Below are positions 9,077 through 18,732 of a DNA stretch of 64,000 nt, in pieces. The number at the start of each line of letters is the position of its first letter. Position 1 is the first letter of the stretch. Source of the DNA: a virus (lineage: Duplodnaviria > Caudoviricetes); IMG/VR virus record IMGVR_UViG_3300037067_016086, positions 25,816 through 89,815 of that record; one strand, given 5' to 3'. Made by a program: the position numbers and the translations under genes. Under the pieces are notes generated by a model. It made no database searches, was not told the origin of the DNA, and saw nothing but the letters and a program-made list of their open reading frames with translations.

Positions 9077-9618
9077 CGCGGGACAGTGACCCCGATGCCC
9101 TCCCAGCCACTCCGGATCTCGTGCGTGAACTCGCGATCGTCGGAGGCAACGCGGCTGCGCTTCCCGATGGCGACCTGCATCACCAGCACCATGCCCTCGG
9201 TGTACAGACGGTCCCCCCGCGGCGAGCGGAACGGCGTCTGTGGCAGCAGTCCGATCCGGGTCCAGTAGTTGATGACGTCCTTGGAGCGCCGGATCTCGAT
9301 GGCCACGCGACCAACGGTGTACGCGATCGTGCTGACCCCTCCGACCGTGACGCGCAGAGGGGCACGCGGTCCGCCGGGGTGTGCCGGTGCGATCTTGCCT
9401 TCCTTCCGCAGACGCTCCCGCTCCCTGCGCTTTTTGATCCGGTACGCCCTCACCTGCGCGAGCATGGTGTCGCGGTACTCCGGGTCCTCGCGGTAGCGCC
9501 GCTTGCGCTCCTCCGACAGCTTGTCCCGGTTCTTCTCGTAGTACGCCTTCTGGTACCCGCTGCGATCCCGGTCGGGCTTGTCCAATGGCGACGGTGTATG
9601 CTTCAAAATGCTAGGCAT
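9073..9618 (-). CDS. MerR-like HTH DNA-binding protein
   Basis: YTVGRVAIEIRRSKDVINYWTRIGLLP...RGDRLYT. Confidence 0.75.
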   Translation of the reverse strand: MPSILKHTPSPLDKPDRDRSGYQKAYYEKNRDKLSEERKRRYREDPEYRDTMLAQVRAYRIKKRRERERLRKEGKIAPAHPGGPRAPLRVTVGGVSTIAYTVGRVAIEIRRSKDVINYWTRIGLLPQTPFRSPRGDRLYTEGMVLVMQVAIGKRSRVASDDREFTHEIRSGWEGIGVTVPR

Positions 9619-9641
9619 GACAAACACCTCCTGCGTGCACA

Positions 9642-11177
9642 TTACATTGTGCAGCAGGTTTTGTAAAACCTTTCCCGCCGAGCAGCCATTCCGCGGAGGC
9701 GCGGGATGCGCTCATCGACGACATCCGTCACGATCGGTTCTGGCTTGCTGGTGCACCTCCCCGCCCTCCATGGGCAGTAGTGCACGCACTCCGACGACGG
9801 TACGCACTCGCGCTGCACGCGGCCCGTTCCCTGTTGGACATCGCTGATCGGCGTGGTGAACATGATCACGTCCAGCGCCGGGATGTCGAGCCCCTCCAGG
9901 ACCATCTGCTGTGTGGCGAAGATCGCGTTGGCGCTCTCCGCCCGGTCGAGGTCCTCCTCGGTCCGGTCCGCGAGCTTGGGATCGCCCTTCCGGTGCGACT
10001 TGGTCGTCGTGCTCCACACCTCGCCCGTGAACCACTGCCCGGTGTACGCGTCCAGGACGGGAACGAACGGCAGATCGAGGCTGCGCAGGATGCGACCAGT
10101 CTGGTCCATCATGTCCCGCAGGTGGTCCAGCCGCGAACTCACGACGATGATCTTGCGCTCATTTCGGACGGCCTCGACGATGTCGTCGACCAGTGACCGA
10201 GTCCGCGTCGCGTCCGCGCAGAGCTGGTTGATGATCTGCGCGCTGTTGAGGTTGTCCACCTTGACCTTGTACTCGCCGCGCGAGATAGCCCGGAGCATCG
10301 TGTCGGTGTAGAGGCGTCGCAGCCGCGGCCGCACCGACTCCGTCGTCGCCTCGTAGGTCACCTGAGAGATGTGGTAGAAGAACACGTTCTCCGCGCCATC
10401 CCGGCGCCGCGGCGTGGCCGTCAGGCCCAGACGGTAGGCCGACGAGAACTTGGGCATGAGGCCGCCCCACGTGGCCGCTCCAAGCCGGTGCGTCTCGTCG
10501 GAGATCACCAGGCCGAAGGTGTTTTGGTACATCTCCGCCGGATAGCGATCCCCATCGTCCCGCGTCAGCGACTGGAGCAGGGCGATCACGAAGTCGGGCT
10601 CCTCTCCGTCCTTCGTCAACTCGTACTCGCACTTGTCCTGCCGGATGATGCCGATCCGCGCGTCGGGCAGGAAGCGCCGGATGCGCTTGGTCCACTGCCG
10701 CACGAAGAAGTCCTGGTGCACGAGGATGAGGGTGCGCCGCCCCAGCCGCCGCGCCACCTCCAAGGCGACCACCGTCTTGCCGAACGCGGGCTGTGCCTGG
10801 AGCAACGCACCGCCCCAGTTGCCGTCTCCACCGTCGCCCAGCAGGTCGCGCAGGAGAGCGTCGATCGCCGTCGCTTGCTCGGCGAAGCGCCCAGTGAACG
10901 TCGCCGTGGACGTCAAAGGACGCATGGGGGCGCCGTATGAGACCAGCACTTCCTCGGTGTTGTTCCCGTTCGCCATGCTCTTGTAGAAGCCGCGTGGCAC
11001 GCCGATCTTGTTGCGCGCTTCGTCGAGGCGATAGAGCTGAATCGGCTGCGGCGTCTCGTCCGCCACATCGCTGGTCTGCTTCGGCTGGATTGTCAGCCGG
11101 TCCACGATGTTGGATACCTGGCGAGGGGTCAGCGCCGCGCGATCGAGCCACGCGTATCCGGAGATCTCAACCTGCAT
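9642..11177 (-). CDS. SF2 (DEAD/ResIII-like) helicase
   Basis: AQPAFGKT, VISDETH, GLTATPRR, EGLDIP, QGTGRVQR. Confidence 0.9.
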   Translation of the reverse strand: MQVEISGYAWLDRAALTPRQVSNIVDRLTIQPKQTSDVADETPQPIQLYRLDEARNKIGVPRGFYKSMANGNNTEEVLVSYGAPMRPLTSTATFTGRFAEQATAIDALLRDLLGDGGDGNWGGALLQAQPAFGKTVVALEVARRLGRRTLILVHQDFFVRQWTKRIRRFLPDARIGIIRQDKCEYELTKDGEEPDFVIALLQSLTRDDGDRYPAEMYQNTFGLVISDETHRLGAATWGGLMPKFSSAYRLGLTATPRRRDGAENVFFYHISQVTYEATTESVRPRLRRLYTDTMLRAISRGEYKVKVDNLNSAQIINQLCADATRTRSLVDDIVEAVRNERKIIVVSSRLDHLRDMMDQTGRILRSLDLPFVPVLDAYTGQWFTGEVWSTTTKSHRKGDPKLADRTEEDLDRAESANAIFATQQMVLEGLDIPALDVIMFTTPISDVQQGTGRVQRECVPSSECVHYCPWRAGRCTSKPEPIVTDVVDERIPRLRGMAARRERFYKTCCTM

Positions 11178-11180
11178 TCG

Positions 11181-12254
11181 CTACCAGTCTTTGGCAGAGC
11201 GGCCGCCACCACCACCGCCGCCGCCGCGGAAGTCCTCATCGCCACGGAACTGCCCCTCGTCTCCCGGAGACGGACGGTTGCCGCCTCGCGACCCACCCAT
11301 CGGGAGCTGGCCCTGACCCTGCGGCCTGCCCTGGGGCTGCCCCTGGCCGCCGTACCCGGCCCCCTCGGTGCGCGTGTTGCGCCCCTGGTTGCCACCGTTC
11401 GAACCGCCGCCCGAGTCCCGGTCGTCCCCGGAGCCCGCGATCCAGCGAGCCATCTCCGCGTTCTCGAACAGGAGGCCCTCCTCCATGTCGCGGATCGTGT
11501 AGCGCTGGAACAGGTTCTCCTTGTCCACCTGCTCCTGGGTCGCACCGTAGTGCATCAGGTACTCTTTCATGTCCTCGACCGTGGCAGGGACCACCTTGCC
11601 CACGCGCTCCACGAACTCCCAGTTCTCTCCGTTGGTCGGCGACTTCTTCCCCAGGCGCTGCGTGTCGTACACGCACCCGGTGAGATCCCCGCGCCGAGCG
11701 TGCTGGTCCTCGAAGATGGCCATCGTGCCCGGCTTGTCCTTGCCGCCCTTCTTGGCCACCATGAGGCGCCGCTGGAACTGCGACTCGCGCGCCTTGCCCT
11801 CCTTGTCGGTCCACGGTTCCGGGTAGAGGATCGGAGCCCCGCCGTCCTCGTACTCCACGTACCCCATGTCGATGACCGTGAAGTAGGCACCGTAGCTCGG
11901 GTACCACTTGACATCGCCTTTGCCTTCGCAGGGCGCGCAGCGATCCGCAATCCGGTTCTGCTTGAGGCAGATCGCGTTGAAGACGCCGCGCGGCACGTTG
12001 GGCATCTTGAACGTGCTGTGCTCCCACAGGTAGAACGGCACGCTGATGATCATCACGCGCTTGCGCGCGGGCTTGTTCTTCCGGAAGGGGTTCTTCTCCG
12101 GCTCCGGCAGCTTGAAGCGGTACGGGCCCCGGTTCCCACCGCCACCGCCGCCACCGCCGCCACCACCGCTGTCCCCCTTGAACTGGCCGTAGTCCTCCGG
12201 CGCATCCCACCCGTCGTGTCCGAAACCGCTCTGCACGTGATCCCCGATACCCAT
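11181..12254 (-). CDS. probable single-stranded DNA-binding protein (gp32-like) with Gly-rich acidic tail
   Basis: zinc-type C..C, YFTVID, Gly/Gln/Asp-rich C-terminus, position between dnaB and helicase. Confidence 0.6.
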   Translation of the reverse strand: MGIGDHVQSGFGHDGWDAPEDYGQFKGDSGGGGGGGGGGGNRGPYRFKLPEPEKNPFRKNKPARKRVMIISVPFYLWEHSTFKMPNVPRGVFNAICLKQNRIADRCAPCEGKGDVKWYPSYGAYFTVIDMGYVEYEDGGAPILYPEPWTDKEGKARESQFQRRLMVAKKGGKDKPGTMAIFEDQHARRGDLTGCVYDTQRLGKKSPTNGENWEFVERVGKVVPATVEDMKEYLMHYGATQEQVDKENLFQRYTIRDMEEGLLFENAEMARWIAGSGDDRDSGGGSNGGNQGRNTRTEGAGYGGQGQPQGRPQGQGQLPMGGSRGGNRPSPGDEGQFRGDEDFRGGGGGGGGRSAKDW

Positions 12255-12328
12255 GGCTGGCCTCCTATGTGCTACTCAGAGCACCAATGCGGATCGCGGC
12301 GGTTGCCGCGCATATCCATTCTGCTTAT

Positions 12329-12357
12329 CTTTTACCAGACGGAAGGAGTTTTGTCAA
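12329..12357 (-). promoter_or_regulatory. sigma70-type promoter
   Basis: TTGACA-N17-TAAAAG. Confidence 0.6.
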
Positions 12358-12369
12358 CACCCCATTCAA

Positions 12370-12385
12370 GCGAACACGTGTTCGC
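12370..12385. promoter_or_regulatory. 16-bp palindrome copy (perfect)
   Basis: GCGAACACGTGTTCGC, 12 nt upstream of the -35 box. Confidence 0.85.
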
Positions 12386-12386
12386 C

Positions 12387-13244
12387 TCAGAACGGTACTG
12401 GATCGTCGTGGAACTCCTCTCCATCCTCGGGCGGTTTCTCCGCGAACTCCATCTCGTCGACCCGATGCGATCGAAACCGATCCTGCTCCGGGCGCAACCA
12501 GATCCCGCTAAAACGTTGACCAGTGCCTGGAATCTCTTCGGCAGGGATCGTGTACGCACAGATGGGCATGTCCGAATCGTCGAGCAGAATGCAGCACAGC
12601 AGGTCGAAGCGTTCCTTCCTCTTGTAGCTGAACCTCCAGCGCCGGAATCGGTCGGTGCGGGCCATGCGCGACGCCTTCACCTCCACCCGTTGCCCGTTCC
12701 ACTCCCCATCGTGCTCGCTGTACCAGAACGGCGACGGTTCGAAGCCAGGAAGCAGGCGCGCCGCCATCGCAAGACCGATCTTTCCTCGTACAACACGCGG
12801 GTCCGAATCATTTCCACCGGTCGTGTCGTGCCGACGGGTAAGACTCATGTGGGCTCCGCGTGGAAGGCACTCCAGGTTCTCCAGTCGGTTGTCCTGTCGA
12901 TTTCCGTTCCGATGATGAACATCACACCCAAATGGAACTGCACCGTGCGCCGCCTCATACATGAGGAGATGCTCTTTGACGAAACCATTGTGCGCGCGAC
13001 GGTGGCCGGGACTTTTGACGCGAACATAGCCATTGGTGTCCACGTAACGGAAGCACGTGTTCCGCCTTCCGGTGGGACGCCTTGGGACATTGTGTCGGAT
13101 CAATAGATTTCTTACCGTGGCAGGATCACACCCAAAACGATCACCGAGACTGGTCAATGTTTCCCCTGCGTCGTACAGGGCTAAGCATTGCGCCGAGGAT
13201 GCTTCGCTAAAATGGGACATCGTCCTTGAAACCTTCCTCGTCAT
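12387..13244 (-). CDS. HNH homing endonuclease (HTH + HNH), fused in frame to the displaced DnaB C-terminus
   Basis: EHLLM...DVHHRNGNRQDNRLENLE; ends DEMEFAEKPPEDGEEFHDDPVPF. Confidence 0.85.
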   Translation of the reverse strand: MTRKVSRTMSHFSEASSAQCLALYDAGETLTSLGDRFGCDPATVRNLLIRHNVPRRPTGRRNTCFRYVDTNGYVRVKSPGHRRAHNGFVKEHLLMYEAAHGAVPFGCDVHHRNGNRQDNRLENLECLPRGAHMSLTRRHDTTGGNDSDPRVVRGKIGLAMAARLLPGFEPSPFWYSEHDGEWNGQRVEVKASRMARTDRFRRWRFSYKRKERFDLLCCILLDDSDMPICAYTIPAEEIPGTGQRFSGIWLRPEQDRFRSHRVDEMEFAEKPPEDGEEFHDDPVPF

Positions 13245-15804
13245 GGTCCTCCCGCTGCCCGAACTCCATTAGATCGAAGTCCCACCACACGTTCACGCTC
13301 TCCGTGGCGGACACGCCGCGGCGCAGCTTGAGCGGCTTGATCTTCAGCCAGTGGTCGGCCCGCATGTCCTTGTCCTGCTCCAGGGCGAACACGGCGTGCG
13401 AGTCCTGCCCGATCTCGTCGGCGAGGGCGATCGTGCCGAGCCGAACGCCGCCGCCCTTCTTCTCCGACACCTCGGCCGCGCGGTTGAGCTGCACGAAACC
13501 GCAGCCCGCGAGGTCGAAGCGCTTCACGGCGCTCTTGAACCAGTCCAGGGCGACCAGCAGCTTGTCCCGGCGCTCCCCCTTGATGCGGAGGTCGTACAGC
13601 GAGTCGATCGCCACCAGGCCCGGGCGGCACGCGCGGATCGCGGCCTCGATGCCCTTGGGCGTGATGTCGTCCTCGGCGTCCATGATCCACAGCCCCTCCG
13701 CCGCCTGGCAGATAGAGCTGGCCTCCTGGAGCCGCGGCATCTCGTACTCGCCCACGGTGCCCTTGATCATGTGCAGGTAGCTGACGGTGGAGTGGATGGA
13801 GAAGAAGCGCTCTGCGATCTCGATCTTGCTCATCTCGGGAGACACGATCAGCGTGCGCACGCCCTCCTGCCACGCGTGCCTTGCCGCAATCACAGCGACG
13901 AACGTGTTGTGCACCACGATGTCGTTCGCCACGAAGCTGTGCGTCCCATTGACCGTCAGGTCGTACACATCTTGCTCGCCGTCATCGGCCCAGTCCACAA
14001 CCTCGTCCCAGTGGTTCTCCAGCAGGTGCCGGAACTCCACACAATCGAATGCATCCAGGAAGGCGGCAAACGTGCGACGACCGACGGTGTCCCTCCGGTA
14101 CAAGTGACTCACTGAGAAGGCCGTCCGCATCCCCAACGCAGCCTCCATCGCACGGAAGCGGCGCGCCCGATCTGCTGGCGCGCATGCGGAGACGATCTCC
14201 CGCAGGCGCGCGGCGATGGAGGACGACATGGGCACGTTATCCACGTTCGGGTTCGACATCTTCGTCTCGTCCAGCGCCCGCTGCTTACGATGCACGATCG
14301 GATCAATACTGCTTCGGAACGCTTCCAGAGTTGACGAGTACACGCGCAGACGCCACGAGTCGAATACCTTCCCCTTGAGCTTGACCGGATTGTAGGCGAC
14401 GTTGGACAGCACCCCGAAGCGCAGCAGAAGCTGCTGGATCTGCCGAACCATCTTCTCGGAAGCAAGCGTTATGCCCGTGTCGTGGCGGTCCACATACCCA
14501 TCGCATCCCCAGAAGACGCCCAAGAACAGCGCCAGCTTCTCGTTGGACAACGAGAACACGCGATCGGGGATCATCTTCTCCTTGGCCAGCCTGTGCCCGC
14601 ACCCGTATTTGTCGAGCAACACGCGCGCCGGGTTTGGTCCAAGATCACGTCCCCTGCCAAGCGAACGCTTCCATCGCACTGTCCACTCGCAACGACGCAT
14701 TCCTTTCGTCTTTCGGAGTTCGATCCCGTACTTATCACAAGCGCCAGATACCAACGAAACCATCTCCGGATCTTGGTTCGAGAAGGAAACACTATCGGAC
14801 GTGTATCCTCCTTCGGCAAGCAGCCCGGCCAGCAGGATGACCTCTTCGTCAGGGGGAGTCTCTGGGAAAATTGGCTCCGGAACACGCCGCACCGTTTCCA
14901 CATGATGACCAATGGCAATCTCGTCCAGGCGACGCCACCCATCTACCGTCATCACCGGATGCTCTGGAGTTCCCGAGATGGTCCGACCGCTAGCCAGCCG
15001 GATCTGGATGCACCGCTTGCGTCCGGTGTACAAGAAGGCATCCGGCAAGACGGAGACGATGCGTCCATCGTTGCCACGCGACAGGACCATACGGCCATCG
15101 CGGACCACCTCCCGGATTGGGCGATAGATCCCATCGGTCGGGTCGAGGATGGGCGTGTCTGCGCGCACGCACTTGCCCACGCCCGGCCGCGCCACAAACA
15201 TCGTCATGGTCTTGGGCCACATACCGGACGTCATCGCGTTGATCGTGGGCCAGGGCAGCGGCACGCCCGTGTATCCGTGCGCCACCCGGTCGTACATCTC
15301 CAGCACCTGGGGACCCATGGCCAACAAGCTCGCGGGCATGCGCGTCCGCGAGAGCGCCATCACCGCTTCTTCCAAAGGCGCAAACGCCGCGGTCAGCCGC
15401 TCGTCGTCGTGATCTCCGTACCCCTCCGCGACCAGGGCCTGCGAGCAGTAGATGACGCGGCGCACCGCGCACTTTTTCTTCACGATGTTCGCGTAGTGCT
15501 CCACGTTGGCCGTGGTAGCGCACGCCTCGGTCAGACCATCTAGCGCGACCGGACCACCGATCTTTTCCATGTCGCCGCGGGTGATCAGCTCGTTGCCCAG
15601 CGTCACGTGGTCGATCGCGACGCCGCGCGAGTCCAGAACCTGCATGGCCGAGAAGATCCGACGGTGCGATTCGATATAGAAGTCGCTGGGCTCGATGATC
15701 GATGCGACGATGGGGAACGCCTTACCGCTCAGCAGGATCGCGCCGAGGACCGCCTCCTCTGCGCTTTTGTCATAAGGGGGCACGCGTCCCTCGGACTGAT
15801 ACAT
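13207..15804 (-). CDS. dnaB: replicative DnaB helicase containing an intein
   Basis: PPYDKSAEEAVLG N-domain, ARPGVGK|T Walker A, SPEM, AIDSLY, VQLNR. Confidence 0.95.
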   Translation of the reverse strand: MYQSEGRVPPYDKSAEEAVLGAILLSGKAFPIVASIIEPSDFYIESHRRIFSAMQVLDSRGVAIDHVTLGNELITRGDMEKIGGPVALDGLTEACATTANVEHYANIVKKKCAVRRVIYCSQALVAEGYGDHDDERLTAAFAPLEEAVMALSRTRMPASLLAMGPQVLEMYDRVAHGYTGVPLPWPTINAMTSGMWPKTMTMFVARPGVGKCVRADTPILDPTDGIYRPIREVVRDGRMVLSRGNDGRIVSVLPDAFLYTGRKRCIQIRLASGRTISGTPEHPVMTVDGWRRLDEIAIGHHVETVRRVPEPIFPETPPDEEVILLAGLLAEGGYTSDSVSFSNQDPEMVSLVSGACDKYGIELRKTKGMRRCEWTVRWKRSLGRGRDLGPNPARVLLDKYGCGHRLAKEKMIPDRVFSLSNEKLALFLGVFWGCDGYVDRHDTGITLASEKMVRQIQQLLLRFGVLSNVAYNPVKLKGKVFDSWRLRVYSSTLEAFRSSIDPIVHRKQRALDETKMSNPNVDNVPMSSSIAARLREIVSACAPADRARRFRAMEAALGMRTAFSVSHLYRRDTVGRRTFAAFLDAFDCVEFRHLLENHWDEVVDWADDGEQDVYDLTVNGTHSFVANDIVVHNTFVAVIAARHAWQEGVRTLIVSPEMSKIEIAERFFSIHSTVSYLHMIKGTVGEYEMPRLQEASSICQAAEGLWIMDAEDDITPKGIEAAIRACRPGLVAIDSLYDLRIKGERRDKLLVALDWFKSAVKRFDLAGCGFVQLNRAAEVSEKKGGGVRLGTIALADEIGQDSHAVFALEQDKDMRADHWLKIKPLKLRRGVSATESVNVWWDFDLMEFGQREDHDEEGFKDDVPF
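13906..15171 (-). mobile_element. intein (422 aa) with LAGLIDADG-type endonuclease in the DnaB P-loop
   Basis: GK|CVRADT...TPEHP, LAGLLAEGG, FLGVFWGCDG, VYDLTV...VVHN|T. Confidence 0.95.
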
Positions 15805-15819
15805 CCAGACCCCTCCTAC

Positions 15820-16467
15820 CTACTGAGCGGAAAACGCCGCCGCCATCTCACTCGCGACCGCATCCCTGCGATCGATCCCGCAAACGTGCACCGGCATCGC
15901 ATGTTCCTTGAGCGAAGCCATCGACGACAGCTTCAGTTCCTCACCGAGCTGCTCCATGTTCATGTTGGTCGTCAAGATCGTCACCAGCATATTCGCATTC
16001 CGGTGCCGGATCAACTCGTCCAGCAACCGAGCGCCCAGGCCGGTCGAGTCCTGGGTCCCCTTGCCCACGTCATCCAGCAGCAGCACGTCCACGTTGAGAG
16101 CCCGATCCCAGAACGTCTGCTCCTCGTCGAACATCTCGCGCTCGATGACCAGGCGCTTCAGGTCGGCCGCCTCCACGAACAGCACAGGGTGCCCGCGGCG
16201 CCGGTACTCCTTGCCGATGCAGATCGCCATGCAGCTCTTTCCCGTGCCGTTGGTCCCGTACAGGATGAGGCCCTGGCCGGTGCGTCGCTTCTCGACGATC
16301 TGGTCCATGTAGTTCTTCGTCGCCGTCCGCGCGCTGATGCCGCCGACCTTCCCCGGCTGATCCGAGATCTGATCTGGCTGAGCAGTCCAGTACCGCTTCG
16401 GAATCCGCATCCGAATCAGGTCCTCCTCGGTCAGCTTGCGCCGGTATGCTGTCGTCCCTTCCATCAT
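15820..16467 (-). CDS. DnaC/IstB-like AAA+ helicase loader
   Basis: GLILYGTNGTGKS, DVLLLDDVG, TILTTN. Confidence 0.85.
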   Translation of the reverse strand: MMEGTTAYRRKLTEEDLIRMRIPKRYWTAQPDQISDQPGKVGGISARTATKNYMDQIVEKRRTGQGLILYGTNGTGKSCMAICIGKEYRRRGHPVLFVEAADLKRLVIEREMFDEEQTFWDRALNVDVLLLDDVGKGTQDSTGLGARLLDELIRHRNANMLVTILTTNMNMEQLGEELKLSSMASLKEHAMPVHVCGIDRRDAVASEMAAAFSAQ

Positions 16468-17048
16468 CCCCACCCGACGTCCATCGGCTTCTTGGGCGGC
16501 CGATACTCGTCCGAGTTCTTGTCCTTCCGCTTCCGACCTTCCTTCGGTTTGACGGGCACCGAGGCCACTCCCTGCACCTCCGCGAACACCCGTTCCCGAA
16601 TCTTCCACAGAAGGCCCACGCCCGGAATCCCTCCCAGGCGTCCCTCCGCCGCCTCCACCCGTTGGTCCCAGGTTGAGCAGAAGTGAGCCACCGCCTTCTC
16701 GACCAGGGCTGGGTCGAACTGCTTCAGCAGCTTCTTCGCCAGGGCCATTTCGTGGACTGTCCACCACTCGTCCTCCGGCGGCATCGCGAACTTATCCCCA
16801 TACAATCTTCGCAGTCCCTCTCGGAACCACCGCCTTACATCCTTGCATGTTATCGGACGTTTCTTGGGTTGTCCATCGTTTGTCAACGCCAAGGAAAACG
16901 ACGGGACCTCGGGCTTGGGAACGGCCGCCTCCTGAACCTTGCGAATCAGGCGGCGCTCCGTGACCTCTTGCTTGGCCCCCTTCGTACGCGCCTTGGCTCG
17001 CTCCACGCGCGCTCGCAAGGCCAGCAGTCCTTCTCTACCCGATGCCAT
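16464..17048 (-). CDS. hypothetical, possible replication initiator partner of the loader
   Basis: ORF coupled (ATGA) to the DnaC-like gene. Confidence 0.55.
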   Translation of the reverse strand: MASGREGLLALRARVERAKARTKGAKQEVTERRLIRKVQEAAVPKPEVPSFSLALTNDGQPKKRPITCKDVRRWFREGLRRLYGDKFAMPPEDEWWTVHEMALAKKLLKQFDPALVEKAVAHFCSTWDQRVEAAEGRLGGIPGVGLLWKIRERVFAEVQGVASVPVKPKEGRKRKDKNSDEYRPPKKPMDVGWG

Positions 17049-17292
17049 CACGCCCCTCAATCACCGTAATCTGCGCCAGCGAATACCGCCGCGTCCGTTG
17101 TCCCACACGCACCGTCACGCGACCCCACTCCGTCTTGTACTCGGGGCCGCACTCCATGCGGCACTGCTCCGTGAACTCCTTGGCCTCCGCATCGATCATC
17201 TCCAAGATGCGATCACGCCAGGAGGTGAACTCCTCAACGTACCCCACCCCATCAGGTGTCTGAACCTTGTCGCCGACGTACAATGCGCTCAT
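17035..17292 (-). CDS. hypothetical protein
   Basis: ORF, high GC3. Confidence 0.65.
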   Translation of the reverse strand: MSALYVGDKVQTPDGVGYVEEFTSWRDRILEMIDAEAKEFTEQCRMECGPEYKTEWGRVTVRVGQRTRRYSLAQITVIEGRDGIG

Positions 17293-17686
17293 GCAGCTGC
17301 ACCACTTCCCCGCCAGCCCCGGTCACCTGGCGCCAGAGATCGTCGGCGTACACCTTCGCCCGAGCGCCTCCCAGCACCCAGTTGAGCAGCATCGTGAAGT
17401 ACTCCGGATCATCTCCGATTTCGTTCTCGAATCCCCAGTGATCCGTCACGTAGTCGACTTCCCAATGTCCGGTGCTTCCCGGGTTCACCGCATGCGACCG
17501 GAAGAGCCGATCGCACCCATTCCCGATCGACACCAGAACGGTTCCGCCAAGCAATGCTGCTATCTGGTCCGGTAGGAACGTCGACTGCATCACGTACCGG
17601 GTCGAGTTCCCGGGCTCCCAAACGATGAGACCCACCAGGCCGGAAATGTATGTGGTTGTCTTACCGCAGGGGGGTTTGGACAGCAT
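17252..17686 (-). CDS. hypothetical protein
   Basis: ORF; GAGGT RBS. Confidence 0.55.
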   Translation of the reverse strand: MLSKPPCGKTTTYISGLVGLIVWEPGNSTRYVMQSTFLPDQIAALLGGTVLVSIGNGCDRLFRSHAVNPGSTGHWEVDYVTDHWGFENEIGDDPEYFTMLLNWVLGGARAKVYADDLWRQVTGAGGEVVQLHERIVRRRQGSDT

Positions 17687-17758
17687 CGGCACCTCGCACC
17701 CGGATCGCTCGGGAGATCGTTCAACCGACGGAGATCATCGCTCTACTGCGGTCGGGAG

Positions 17759-18094
17759 TCAAGGAACAGCGACAGCGGGAGGTGAAACCCGCTCGCGCGC
17801 ATCCGCCGCGGCCCTGGCGTTCTCCTCCTCGGTCACGTAGTCGAAGTCGATCTTGATCCGGTTCTTGCCCGCCAGGGCCGCCAGGAACGATCGCAGCGAG
17901 CACGAGAGGTGCCCGCTGCGGCCCACCACCTGGCCCACGTCGCTGGGATCCGTGAACAGCTCCACCGCCAGCCGGTACGTGCCGGGCCGGGTGCGCACCT
18001 CCACCTTGTCGGGGTGATCCACGAAGTGGCGCACGATGCCCACGATCTCCTTCGCCGCCGCGATCACCTCCGGCGTCACCTTGGAATTTCCCAT
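17759..18094 (-). CDS. KH-domain RNA-binding protein (KhpA-like)
   Basis: VDHPDKVEV...DPSDVGQVVGRSG (GxxG loop). Confidence 0.8.
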   Translation of the reverse strand: MGNSKVTPEVIAAAKEIVGIVRHFVDHPDKVEVRTRPGTYRLAVELFTDPSDVGQVVGRSGHLSCSLRSFLAALAGKNRIKIDFDYVTEEENARAAADARERVSPPAVAVP

Positions 18095-18113
18095 GGGCAG
18101 TTTCCTTTCCCCG

Positions 18114-18308
18114 CTACGTCCGCTGCATCGCTTCCCGCGTACACTGCACCAGCTCGTCGAGCGCCGCATCCCCATGCAGGTCCACAAGATCGACGATCAC
18201 ATCCGTGTCCACCTGAACGTGCTTCGGCAACTCTGTCACACCGAGGCGCCGCAGAAACTCGGCACGCATCTCGCTCCGCCGCTTCTCGTACACGTTCTGC
18301 TGGTCCAT
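18114..18308 (-). CDS. hypothetical protein
   Basis: ORF with GAGG RBS. Confidence 0.6.
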   Translation of the reverse strand: MDQQNVYEKRRSEMRAEFLRRLGVTELPKHVQVDTDVIVDLVDLHGDAALDELVQCTREAMQRT

Positions 18309-18318
18309 GCGATCCTCC

Positions 18319-18624
18319 TTAAAACCCCAGATCGTTGCTCCGTGCCTGCTCCGCCGCCTGCCGGGCCTGCGCCCGCCGCTGCGCCTGCTCGCGCGTGAGG
18401 CCCAACCCCCGCAGCGCGTTGGTCTTCATCGCCCGCTCCCGAGCCTCGTGGAGCGCCTCCAGCTGATCGTGGTAGCGGCGGCACACGTCGTGCAACCAGC
18501 GCTCGTCCGCCGTCGGTACTGACCCGTGGGACTGGAACTGGACGCGGATCCGATCCACCCGCGCCCGCTCGGCGGGACGGACCTTCACGCTCCGAAGATC
18601 GCGCAGCATTTCATCAGCGGTCAA
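18319..18624 (-). CDS. hypothetical protein
   Basis: ORF downstream of promoter. Confidence 0.6.
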   Translation of the reverse strand: MTADEMLRDLRSVKVRPAERARVDRIRVQFQSHGSVPTADERWLHDVCRRYHDQLEALHEARERAMKTNALRGLGLTREQAQRRAQARQAAEQARSNDLGF

Positions 18625-18655
18625 CGTGCACCTCGATCGGCAACCGGTCCTCCCC

Positions 18656-18685
18656 CTTATAGCGGGAGGCCTCGTCGGTTGTCAA
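18656..18685 (-). promoter_or_regulatory. sigma70-type promoter
   Basis: TTGACA-N18-TATAAG. Confidence 0.65.
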
Positions 18686-18705
18686 ACGGCTTGCGCGGGG
18701 AAGGG

Positions 18706-18721
18706 GCGAACACGTGTTCGC
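18706..18721. promoter_or_regulatory. 16-bp palindrome copy (perfect)
   Basis: GCGAACACGTGTTCGC, intergenic, upstream of -35. Confidence 0.85.
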
Positions 18722-18732
18722 GAGGAGGAAGA

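Noticed and set aside
11200-12170. GGT/GGC trinucleotide runs
   Set aside because: They encode poly-Gly linkers of the SSB-like protein; not a regulatory repeat array
16875-16890. TTGACAAAC box inside the gene at 16464-17048
   Set aside because: No -10-like hexamer at 16-18 nt; probably coding coincidence
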